The position numbers and the translations under genes are program-made. Source: Limisphaerales bacterium (GTDB lineage: Bacteria > Verrucomicrobiota > Verrucomicrobiia > Limisphaerales > UBA1100). From it: a DNA stretch of 64,000 nt. Location of the stretch: contig CBFHWX010000001.1 in NCBI GenBank assembly GCA_965659445.1, forward strand, positions 1,876-65,875. The letters are read 5' to 3'. This document shows positions 26,201 to 34,721 of this stretch, in pieces. The notes under the pieces were generated by a model. It was not told where the DNA came from and searched no databases. It worked only from the letters and a program-made list of their open reading frames with translations. The first letter of the stretch is position 1. Each line of letters starts with the position of its first letter.

Positions 26201-27885
26201 GCAAGGAACGAGCTACTATTTTCAACAACCTGCCCAAGCCCGCCCTGATTGGTGTCATGCTGGCCTCCTTGGTTGGGGTTTTTCTGATGCAGGGCAAGCT
26301 CAACGAGGAACGCGGTAAACTAAGCCCCACCCATCTTGAGCCGCTGCAGGACGCTCCTCCCATGCTGGCACTCGTCACTCAGTCCATAGCAGGCTTCCGT
26401 GGCATCATCACCTCCTATTTATGGCTGCGTTCCAATGCAATGCAGCAAAAGAAAAATTATCCCGAGCAAATGCAGTTGGCCGAGTGGATTACTCAGCTTC
26501 AGCCTCAAGTGCCCAACGGCTGGGCGAACCGGTCATGGAATATGGCCTACAATATTTCACGTAATTATGAAGATCCGGAAACCCGGTGGAAATACATACA
26601 TGACGCGGTGAAATTGTTGCGTGATCAGGGCATTAAGTACAATCCACAGGAACCCTTGGTATACGATGAACTGTGCCGCCTTTTTCAACATAAGATAGGT
26701 CATAACATGGATAGCCATCACCGCTACTACAAATTCAGATGGATGCAAGCCATGGAAGGAGTGCTGTGGGACAGCCCTACGGCTGGCCATCTGGCAGGAG
26801 GGGTGCCGGATTTTGAATCGCTGATCAAGCCGGATGAAAACAACAAGAAACTTGTGGAACGGGCTAAACGCCTGCGTCAGGAGTATGGATTGGATCCACG
26901 TGAAATGCAGGCTGTTCACAAGAAGTATGGTTTGGCGCGCGATCATACGGGAGAGGTGATCCGGGACAAGGATGGGAAGACGATCAATTGCCTGGACTGG
27001 CGGATGGCGGAAACTCATTCCCTATATTGGGCAAATCTAGGTCTCAAGCGTTGCAGTCTCACCCCCGGACGCGAAAAACGCCTCCACGTGCTCGAGAAGA
27101 AAGTTTATGTGTCCATGATGTACGGCTTTCAGCGTGGTCGATTAAACGTTCCGTCAGCAACGATGAAAAACATGGGGGTACGCATCAATTACCACTTTGG
27201 AAAGGATATGAACGCGTTCAGTGAATATAGCAGTGGATTTATTTCAGCTCCCAATTTGGATAGTGGGGGAGCAGTGCATAAAGCATATATGGACATGATT
27301 AAACATGCTCAAGATAACCGGACAATACACTACACCGGTGGTACATCAGAGATGGGGCACATACACTTTCTTCGCCGACTGATGGAGTGGCTTTACTTTT
27401 ATAATCGAGAGGAAGAAGCCATGGAGTGGCTGAAGGTGGCCATTAAATTATATCCAACAAAAATGTCTTACTTCCCCGGGTATAACAGTGAGACAGATAC
27501 GTATAGGCTGGATGATATTGTTAACGATAAAATGAAGGATGATGTGCAACGCGGGAGTGATTCTAAAACGCAGGCGTTATTGTGGGGAATTTTTACCAAA
27601 CATTATTTCTATCTGGCCAGCGGGGATGAGGAAAGGGCGGACAATTATTATGACATGGCCAAACAAATTCATGACCATTATACTGACAAATTCAAGAATT
27701 CCCCGGAACGAATGGGTATTGCACCTTTTGAACAATATAGGATAACACGGCTACGCGCATTTCTTATGGAGGAGGATTCTGTGGTGACAGGTGCCCTTCG
27801 TACCCAACTAGGGTTGGGTAAGGAAGAAATGCCCGAGGTGCCTAAAATACAGGGTCCCCAACCACAGCCCGGGCCCGAACAATAA
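26197..27885 (+). CDS. Membrane-anchored protein of unknown family (562 aa), Trp/Tyr-rich helical ectodomain
   Basis: ATGA overlap with the upstream stop. Single N-terminal TM PALIGVMLASLVGVFLM. Conserved-looking blocks FRGIITSYLWLRSN, WANRSWNMAYNISRNYEDPETRWKYIHDAVKLLRDQG and HSLYWANLGLK. Pro/Gln-rich tail. Confidence 0.5.
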   Translation: MSKERATIFNNLPKPALIGVMLASLVGVFLMQGKLNEERGKLSPTHLEPLQDAPPMLALVTQSIAGFRGIITSYLWLRSNAMQQKKNYPEQMQLAEWITQLQPQVPNGWANRSWNMAYNISRNYEDPETRWKYIHDAVKLLRDQGIKYNPQEPLVYDELCRLFQHKIGHNMDSHHRYYKFRWMQAMEGVLWDSPTAGHLAGGVPDFESLIKPDENNKKLVERAKRLRQEYGLDPREMQAVHKKYGLARDHTGEVIRDKDGKTINCLDWRMAETHSLYWANLGLKRCSLTPGREKRLHVLEKKVYVSMMYGFQRGRLNVPSATMKNMGVRINYHFGKDMNAFSEYSSGFISAPNLDSGGAVHKAYMDMIKHAQDNRTIHYTGGTSEMGHIHFLRRLMEWLYFYNREEEAMEWLKVAIKLYPTKMSYFPGYNSETDTYRLDDIVNDKMKDDVQRGSDSKTQALLWGIFTKHYFYLASGDEERADNYYDMAKQIHDHYTDKFKNSPERMGIAPFEQYRITRLRAFLMEEDSVVTGALRTQLGLGKEEMPEVPKIQGPQPQPGPEQ

Positions 27886-27909
27886 GTTGCTCTTGCCGGT
27901 TCGCCTTTT

Positions 27910-29571
27910 GTGACACACCGTACCGAAACCGTGGCCTTTAGAATATTACTTCCAATTTTTGTTTTCTGCCTTGGGATAATATTGGCGGGATGCAAAAAAG
28001 AATCCTCTCAAGCTGGAAAAAACGGCGAATCTTCGAGCGATACGACACCATCTGAAAAACAAGTACTTCGCCTTGGAAATGGGGCAGAGCCGGAGGGGCT
28101 CGACCCTCAAATTGTTACCGGTGTGCCCGAACACTTCATTCTAGCAGCGTTGTTGGAAGGTTTGCTTAGTGAACATCCCAAGACTCTTGCGCCAGAGCCC
28201 GGCGTGGCGGAGCAATGGCAGATTTCTGAAGACGGTCGGGAGTACACATTCAAATTGCGTTCCAATGCTAAATGGACCAATGGCGACGCGGTTAAAGCAA
28301 GCGATTTTGCCTACTCCTATCAAAGAATGCTAACCCCGGCGCTAGGAGCAAAATACGCCTACATGCTGCATGTACTAAAAAACGCAAAAGCTTTTAACGC
28401 GGGTACACTGGAGGATTTTTCTGAGGTGGGAGTGAAGGCTGTGGACGATCGCACACTGGTGCTCATTCTGGAGGAACCCACGCCTTATTTTCTCCAGTTA
28501 ATTAACCACTATTCGTGGTATCCAGTGCACCCACCTACCATCAAGAAGTTTGGCGGTATGACCCAGCGCGATTCCAAATGGACCCAGCCTGAAAATTTTG
28601 TGGGTAATGGTAGTTTTCGACTTAAGGAATGGAAGCTGAATGAGCACGTGCTTGTGGAGAAAAGCGCTACCTATTGGGACGCCGCAAAGGTGAAACTGGA
28701 AAAGATTTATTTTTTGCCCATTACCAGCGCAGAAACGGAAGAAAAAATGTTTCGTGACAACCAGTTGCACGCCACCCAAACCATCCCGTCAACCCGCATC
28801 GAGCACTACCAAAAAAAGGATTCTAATGTCCTGCGAGTGGATCCGTACCTCGGCACTTATTTTTATCGGGTGAACGTGAATCACAAAGCGCTAAAGGACA
28901 AGCGTGTGCGACATGCCCTGGCAATGTCCATCAATCGTCATGAGATTACTCGTTTTGTGCTCAAGGCTGGCCAGATTCCCGCCTATCATATTACTCCGCC
29001 AAATACCGCAGGCTACACTGCACGAGCCAAGTTTGAATTTAATCCCGAGCGAGCTCGAGAGTTACTGTCAGAAGCAGGCTTTCCAGATGGTCGCGGCTTT
29101 CCCAAGTTTGATATTTATTACAACACCAGCGAAGACCACAAAAAGGTTGCTGAGGCCATTCAGCAAATGTGGAAAAAGACGCTCAATATTGACGTGGGTC
29201 TGTTTAATCAGGAATGGAAAGTGTACCTCGATACAGTCAACAAGGTAAATTACGATGTGGCACGTGCCGGCTGGATTGGCGACTACAACGACCCCAACAC
29301 ATTTCTGGACATGTGGCTCACTGGCGGTGGCAACAACCAGACAGGCTGGTCTAATGCTCGCTACGACCAGCTCATCAAGGAGGCCGCAAAGGCCGGTGAC
29401 CCAAAAGAGCGCTTTGAGAAATTCCAGGAAGCCGAGGCTATCCTAATCGATGAAATGCCCGTTATTCCCATTTATTTTTATGTGAGTCTCTCACTGGTGA
29501 AACCAAACGTGCGTGGTTGGTATCCGAATATTCTCGATCATCACCCCTACAAGTATATCCACCTCGAATAG
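27910..29571 (+). CDS. Peptide/nickel ABC transporter substrate-binding lipoprotein (SBP family 5, OppA/DppA/GsiB-like)
   Basis: Lipobox ILAGC. Family-5 segments EGLLSEHPKTLAPEPGVAEQWQISEDGREYTFKLRSNAKWTNGDAVKASDFAYSYQR and WIGDYNDPNTFLDMW. GTG start at 27910. Confidence 0.85.
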   Translation: MTHRTETVAFRILLPIFVFCLGIILAGCKKESSQAGKNGESSSDTTPSEKQVLRLGNGAEPEGLDPQIVTGVPEHFILAALLEGLLSEHPKTLAPEPGVAEQWQISEDGREYTFKLRSNAKWTNGDAVKASDFAYSYQRMLTPALGAKYAYMLHVLKNAKAFNAGTLEDFSEVGVKAVDDRTLVLILEEPTPYFLQLINHYSWYPVHPPTIKKFGGMTQRDSKWTQPENFVGNGSFRLKEWKLNEHVLVEKSATYWDAAKVKLEKIYFLPITSAETEEKMFRDNQLHATQTIPSTRIEHYQKKDSNVLRVDPYLGTYFYRVNVNHKALKDKRVRHALAMSINRHEITRFVLKAGQIPAYHITPPNTAGYTARAKFEFNPERARELLSEAGFPDGRGFPKFDIYYNTSEDHKKVAEAIQQMWKKTLNIDVGLFNQEWKVYLDTVNKVNYDVARAGWIGDYNDPNTFLDMWLTGGGNNQTGWSNARYDQLIKEAAKAGDPKERFEKFQEAEAILIDEMPVIPIYFYVSLSLVKPNVRGWYPNILDHHPYKYIHLE

Positions 29572-29580
29572 CCGCGTGCT

Positions 29581-30759
29581 ATGGTTCGGTACATTTTTCA
29601 AAGGCTGATTGTCTTTATCCCGGTGCTCTGGATGATTGCGACCATCACTTTTTTCATGGTGCGCCTGGCTCCGGGTGATCCGTTCAGTGACGAAAAGGAA
29701 ATGCCTGAGGAAGTGCGGGACCGCATCAAGGCCTACTATGGGCTGGACTTGCCGTTGAGACAACAATACCTCATCTATCTAGGGGTGAAGTCAAAGGAGA
29801 CGGACAAGCATCGAGTGAAACTTGGTGCGGATGAAAACGCTAGGGAATATCGGCATGAAGATGCTAATGCAACCCTGCGGGTCACATCCAACGGTGGATC
29901 TATTGCTGTGGAGAAATTGAACGGGCAAGGTGAGTGGCATGTCCGTCTTGTTGATAACAACGCCACCACAGCCACCCGTGAAGTGGATGTATATCGCCGA
30001 GGTGAGCGATCGGGTCTATTGCAGGGTAACCTCGGGCCTTCCTTAAAGCATAAGGGGAAAAGTGTGAGTGATATCATCCGCGAGGCGTTTCCCAAAAGTC
30101 TTGAGCTGGGTCTCTATGCCATGACTATCGCATTGCTGCTTGGCATAGCCGCCGGTTCCATCGCGGCTCTTAAACAGAATTCTATTCTGGATTATGCCCC
30201 AATGTCGTTGGCGATGATGGGTATCTGCCTACCCACTTTTGTCATGGGCCCGTTGCTGGTACTTGTGTTTGGGCTTTGGCTGGAATGGTTTCCTGTGGCT
30301 GGGTGGTCGGCCTGGGGTGGGGAGGGATTTTTCCCTGAGGGATGGCCAAACGATCGCGTGCTGCCAGCCTGCACTCTCGGATTTTTTTACGCCGCTATGG
30401 TTGCCCGTCTTACCCGCGGTGGCATGCTCGAGACGCTCAACCAGGACTTTATTAAGACTGCCCGTGCCAAGGGCCTCTCCGAGACAAGTGTGGTGGTGAA
30501 GCACGCTCTGCGCGGCGGGATTCTTCCCACGGTGAGCTTTCTGGGTCCTGCTTTTGCCGGAATAATCAGTGGTTCATTTGTCATCGAAACCATCTTCAAC
30601 ATTCCTGGTTTGGGGCGGCATTTCATCGAGGCGGCTACTAACCGCGACTACACACTTGTACTCGGAACTGTGATCTTTTATGCCACGCTCATTTTGGCGC
30701 TCAACCTCATTGTCGATGTCCTCCAAGTTTGGCTCAATCCTCGGATGAGAATTCAATGA
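29581..30759 (+). CDS. Peptide ABC transporter permease (OppB/DppB/GsiC-like) with an insertion of about 85 aa in the first periplasmic loop
   Basis: MVRYIFQRLIVFIPVLWMIATITFFMVRLAPGDPF and GLDLPLRQQY. An atypical insert precedes LLQGNLGPSL. EAA-loop region FIKTARAKGLSE. Confidence 0.85.
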   Translation: MVRYIFQRLIVFIPVLWMIATITFFMVRLAPGDPFSDEKEMPEEVRDRIKAYYGLDLPLRQQYLIYLGVKSKETDKHRVKLGADENAREYRHEDANATLRVTSNGGSIAVEKLNGQGEWHVRLVDNNATTATREVDVYRRGERSGLLQGNLGPSLKHKGKSVSDIIREAFPKSLELGLYAMTIALLLGIAAGSIAALKQNSILDYAPMSLAMMGICLPTFVMGPLLVLVFGLWLEWFPVAGWSAWGGEGFFPEGWPNDRVLPACTLGFFYAAMVARLTRGGMLETLNQDFIKTARAKGLSETSVVVKHALRGGILPTVSFLGPAFAGIISGSFVIETIFNIPGLGRHFIEAATNRDYTLVLGTVIFYATLILALNLIVDVLQVWLNPRMRIQ

Positions 30760-31751
30760 ACCGCGATCTTTTGGCTGATGTTCAGTTGGACGAGGGCAAC
30801 TCCCTTTGGAAGGACGCTCGGCGTCGTTTGTTTCAAAACAAGATGGCGGTGTTTGGTTTGTGTGTATTTTCAATGATCTCTCTGCTCAGCCTCGTTGGAC
30901 CCTATTTCCTTCCCTATGAACACGAGACCATCGATCTGCCGTATCAGGCCAAGCCTCCCTTGGCAGAAAAGAATCCTCTTGTCTGTCCGAAACACGAGGA
31001 TGTACGCCTCTATTCTGCGAGTGAAAACTGTTACATTTGCAACTCACCATTAGAGCCGGTAAAGGAACAACCCGCCCGCCACCTGATGGGTACCGATAAG
31101 CTGGGTCGGGATCTCTGTGCGGCTGTATTGAAGGGCGGGCGTGTGTCACTGGCCGTAGGCTTTGCGGCTACAGCTGTATCTCTCGTTATTGGCGTCATCT
31201 GGGGCGCGGTGGCCGGGTACTTTGGCGGCCGCGTGGATCAGTTTTTAATGCGCATTGTAGACGTTCTATACGCGCTACCTTTCCTCATTTTCGTGGTGTT
31301 GCTTATGGTGATGTTTGAGCGCAACTTCATGCTATTGTTCTTCGCCATTGGATTCGTCGAATGGCTTACCATGTCTCGTATCGTTCGGGCGCAGGTGATG
31401 GCATTGAAAACTCAGGAATTTGTTGAAGCTGCCGTGGCCCTTGGCTATGGACGCCTGCGGATTATTTTTCGCCACTTGCTTCCCAATCTCCTTGGGCCGG
31501 TGATTATTTATACCACTCTTACTGTGCCGGCGGTGATGTTGCTCGAGTCAGTACTCAGCTTTCTCGGTTTGGGAGTGCAAGCGCCGGACACCTCATGGGG
31601 CTTGCTCATTAAGCAAGGCGCTGAGGGGATGGAGGATTATCCGTGGTTACTTCTGTTTCCTGCGGCGTTTTTTTCCATCACGTTGTTCAGTCTAAACTTT
31701 ATCGGGGACGGCCTGCGTGATGCGCTGGATCCGAAATCTGCTGATGATTGA
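30756..31751 (+). CDS. Peptide ABC transporter permease (OppC/DppC/GsiD-like) with a Cys/His-containing loop insertion
   Basis: ATGA overlap with the OppB-like stop. HLMGTDKLGRDLCAAVLKGGRVSLAVG, FVEAAVALGYGRLRIIFRHLLPN and a C-terminal GDGLRDALDPK. The insert is CPKHEDVRLYSASENCYIC. Confidence 0.85.
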   Translation: MNRDLLADVQLDEGNSLWKDARRRLFQNKMAVFGLCVFSMISLLSLVGPYFLPYEHETIDLPYQAKPPLAEKNPLVCPKHEDVRLYSASENCYICNSPLEPVKEQPARHLMGTDKLGRDLCAAVLKGGRVSLAVGFAATAVSLVIGVIWGAVAGYFGGRVDQFLMRIVDVLYALPFLIFVVLLMVMFERNFMLLFFAIGFVEWLTMSRIVRAQVMALKTQEFVEAAVALGYGRLRIIFRHLLPNLLGPVIIYTTLTVPAVMLLESVLSFLGLGVQAPDTSWGLLIKQGAEGMEDYPWLLLFPAAFFSITLFSLNFIGDGLRDALDPKSADD

Positions 31752-33501
31752 TATACCACTACTTAAGGTTGACAATTTAAAGACCTCCTTTCACACGCGT
31801 AATGGTGTGGTGAAGGCGGTGGATGATATTTCCTTTACGTTAAAGAAGGGTGAGATTCTAGGCATTGTGGGTGAATCCGGTTCAGGCAAATCTGTGACAG
31901 TGCACTCGCTCATGGGCTTGGTGCCTCAGCCGCCCGGACGCATTGAAGGGGGGACGGCCAAATTTGACGGGAGCAATTTGCTGACAGCCGATGATTCAGC
32001 CTTGCGTGCACTGCGAGGTAAGCGCATCGCGATGATCTTTCAGGATCCGATGACCTCACTCAATCCATATCTTCGGATTTCAGAGCAGCTTATTGAGCCG
32101 TTATTGATTCATGAGAAAGTCAGTCGTCCAACCGCTCTGGAACGTGCAATTGAAATGTTGGAGAAAGTGGGCATTCAAGATGCGGCCGAGCGAGTACACT
32201 CGTATCCGCACGAGTTTTCCGGTGGCATGCGCCAACGAGTGATGATCGCAATGGCGTTGATTACAAATCCTGAGGTGCTCATTGCCGATGAGCCCACCAC
32301 GGCGTTGGATGTCACTGTCCAGGCACAAATCCTGAAATTGCTCAAGGAACTTCGGGAGAACCTAAGCGTGTCGGTGATCTTTATCACCCATGACCTTGGA
32401 GTGATCGCTGAATTAGCCAACCGCGTGGCGGTGATGTATCGGGGCCATATTGTGGAGCAAGGAAGTGTGCTTTCAATTTTTGAGAATCCGCAGCATCCAT
32501 ACACGAAAGGTCTCCTCGCTTGCCGGCCCCGCCTCGAGTCAAAGTTTAACGTGTTGCCAACTGTTTCTGATTATCTTGATGAAAGAGAAGTGGATGGGCG
32601 GATGGAACTCTCCGAAAATCCCAATGCCGTAAAGAGGATTGAGGAATTGCAGAAGGCGGGGGCGGATCCTGTGTTTGATAAAACCGATGTTCTTTTGGAA
32701 GTGTCAGAGCTGAAGGTGTATTTCCCGGAGCGAAGTGGGTTTTTCAGCGGACCGAAAGGTTGGGTGAAAGCGGTGGATGGCATCAGCCTTGAAGTGCCTC
32801 GGGGCAGTACGCTGGGGCTGGTGGGGGAATCGGGCTGCGGCAAGACCACCACCGGCAGGGCTATCCTGAATCTCGTGCCACCCACCAGCGGCAGCGTGAA
32901 ATTTGGCGACAAGGAAATTGCAGGCTTCGGAGCGCAGGCAATGTTGCCACTACGCAAGAAGATGCAGATTGTGTTTCAGGATCCGTATTCCTCGCTCAAT
33001 CCGCGACTTACCATCGAGCAGGCGCTCACCGAGCCCATGGCGGTACATGGCATTGGTGATAGTCGGGGTGATCGACGCGATCGTGCTGTGGCGTTGCTGG
33101 AGGAGGTGGATTTGGAGTCGCGATTTTTGAGGCGTTACCCGCATGAGTTTTCCGGCGGACAACGGCAGCGCATTTGCGTTGCGCGAGCATTGGCACTGGA
33201 GCCGGAGTTCATCGTGTGCGACGAGGCGGTGAGTGCGATGGACGTGTCCGTTCAGGCGCAGGTTTTGAATTTGTTGAAGGAACTACAGTCGCGCCGCGCG
33301 CTCACATATATTTTCATCAGCCACGACCTCAGCGTGGTGAAGTTCATGGCTGATACCATGGCCGTAATGCGCACGGGAATAATTGTAGAGCAGGGAGTCT
33401 CTGAGGAGATTTATTCCAATCCGAAGGCGGATTACACAAAGCACCTTATCGAGGCGATTCCGTGTGACAGCGTGGAGTCGATCAGGAAACGCGTGACGTA
33501 G
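31744..33501 (+). CDS. Fused two-domain peptide ABC transporter ATPase (OppD-OppF fusion, GsiA-like)
   Basis: Two complete ABC cassettes. The first has GESGSGKSVT, FSGGMRQRVMIAMAL and LIADEPTTALD. The second has GESGCGKTTT, FSGGQRQRICVARAL and IVCDEAVSAMD. The start at 31744 overlaps the upstream stop. Confidence 0.85.
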   Translation: MIDIPLLKVDNLKTSFHTRNGVVKAVDDISFTLKKGEILGIVGESGSGKSVTVHSLMGLVPQPPGRIEGGTAKFDGSNLLTADDSALRALRGKRIAMIFQDPMTSLNPYLRISEQLIEPLLIHEKVSRPTALERAIEMLEKVGIQDAAERVHSYPHEFSGGMRQRVMIAMALITNPEVLIADEPTTALDVTVQAQILKLLKELRENLSVSVIFITHDLGVIAELANRVAVMYRGHIVEQGSVLSIFENPQHPYTKGLLACRPRLESKFNVLPTVSDYLDEREVDGRMELSENPNAVKRIEELQKAGADPVFDKTDVLLEVSELKVYFPERSGFFSGPKGWVKAVDGISLEVPRGSTLGLVGESGCGKTTTGRAILNLVPPTSGSVKFGDKEIAGFGAQAMLPLRKKMQIVFQDPYSSLNPRLTIEQALTEPMAVHGIGDSRGDRRDRAVALLEEVDLESRFLRRYPHEFSGGQRQRICVARALALEPEFIVCDEAVSAMDVSVQAQVLNLLKELQSRRALTYIFISHDLSVVKFMADTMAVMRTGIIVEQGVSEEIYSNPKADYTKHLIEAIPCDSVESIRKRVT

Positions 33502-33503
33502 AG

Positions 33504-33935
33504 CTACTTCTTTTCCGCCTCGGGCTCCTTGTCTTTTGTCTCGCTGGTCTTCTTGGGTGTGGTTGATGAGTTGGTGTCCAGGATTTCCGCCGGGTCCGTC
33601 CCAGAGCCTTGTCCCGGTTTACTCTGGATTGGCTGCCTTGTACCACCTGCTTTGATTGAAGAGCCTTCCCCCTCCTTGAGCCTCTGCGGGTTCATGCATT
33701 CCAGTGACAGCACAAGGCACAACACGAGGAACAATATGGCACACCACTTGGTGAGCTTGGTGAGTACGTTGCCGGCGCCGGCGCCGAAGAGTGCATCCGT
33801 CGCGCCACCCCCGAAGGCGGTGCCGAGGCCGGCTTCTTTCTTGGGCAACTGCACGAGCACGAGCAGGATCATGAATATACAGTTCAAAAATAAAATGACT
33901 GTGAGAAATTTATTGAGAATCTCGTAGGAGTTCAT
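33504..33935 (-). CDS. secG: Preprotein translocase subunit SecG with an extended C-terminal tail
   Basis: FMILLVLVQLPKKEAGLGTAFGGGATDALFGAGAGNVLTKLT is the SecG core, followed by a second TM. About 70 extra low-complexity residues follow. It is the last gene of the conserved pgk-tpiA-secG order. Confidence 0.75.
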   Translation of the reverse strand: MNSYEILNKFLTVILFLNCIFMILLVLVQLPKKEAGLGTAFGGGATDALFGAGAGNVLTKLTKWCAILFLVLCLVLSLECMNPQRLKEGEGSSIKAGGTRQPIQSKPGQGSGTDPAEILDTNSSTTPKKTSETKDKEPEAEKK

Positions 33936-33944
33936 GCAATTATC

Positions 33945-34712
33945 TTAGTTGAGCGTGTTGGTGATGATTTCGGTAAAACTGCGGCTTTCAAGTGAAGCAC
34001 CGCCAACCAGGGCCCCGTCCACATCTGGTTGGCTGAGGAGTTCGCGGGCATTGGCAGGCTTCACGCTGCCACCATACTGGATGCGAACCACTTTGGCGAT
34101 ATCTTCCCCATGGCTCTTGGCAATTTCGCCACGGATGAAGGCGTGAACTTCCTGTGCCTGCTCAGTGGAGGCGGTTTTGCCGGTACCGATAGCCCAGACG
34201 GGTTCATAGGCGATAACCATATCCTTGAGTTGGTTGTCATCTAAATCGGCAAGACTGCCTGCGATTTGCTCACCGACGACAGTATCGGTCTGGCCGGCTT
34301 CCCGTTGTGCTAGTGTTTCACCCACACACACGATCGGTTTTAGACCGGCAGTCAAAGCCGCCTTGATTTTGGCATTTACAAGCGCATCGAATTCCTTGTG
34401 GTATTCGCGCCGCTCGGAATGGCCTAGAATGACGTAATGCACGAGTAAATCCCGCAGCATACCGGCGGTTATTTCACCGGTAAAGGCGCCATAACCATGC
34501 TCACTCATGTTTTGTGCACCGAGCTGGATGCGACTATCCTTGAGAGCTAAGGAAACCGTGCTCAACGCCGTGAACGGAGGGCAGACAATGACATCCACTT
34601 CGGTTTGCGTACCCAAGTCGCGTTCGAGGGTCTCGACAAGTTCCGCAGCTTCGCCCACGGTTTTATTCATCTTCCAGTTGCCGGCGATGATGAGTTTACG
34701 TTCCTTGTTCAT
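33945..34712 (-). CDS. tpiA: Triosephosphate isomerase
   Basis: IIAGNWKMN, ILGHSERR, VCVGE, IAYEPVWAIGTGKTAS and YGGSVKPAN. Confidence 0.92.
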   Translation of the reverse strand: MNKERKLIIAGNWKMNKTVGEAAELVETLERDLGTQTEVDVIVCPPFTALSTVSLALKDSRIQLGAQNMSEHGYGAFTGEITAGMLRDLLVHYVILGHSERREYHKEFDALVNAKIKAALTAGLKPIVCVGETLAQREAGQTDTVVGEQIAGSLADLDDNQLKDMVIAYEPVWAIGTGKTASTEQAQEVHAFIRGEIAKSHGEDIAKVVRIQYGGSVKPANARELLSQPDVDGALVGGASLESRSFTEIITNTLN

Positions 34713-34721
34713 GCAGAAAAA

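Noticed and set aside
14696-27885. Reading the SPFH/ABC block as a phage-defence or toxin system
   Set aside because: I saw no nuclease, NTPase-STAND, TIR, sirtuin, protease or other effector-type motifs, and no mobile-element context. All eight products look membrane-associated and transport- or scaffold-like.
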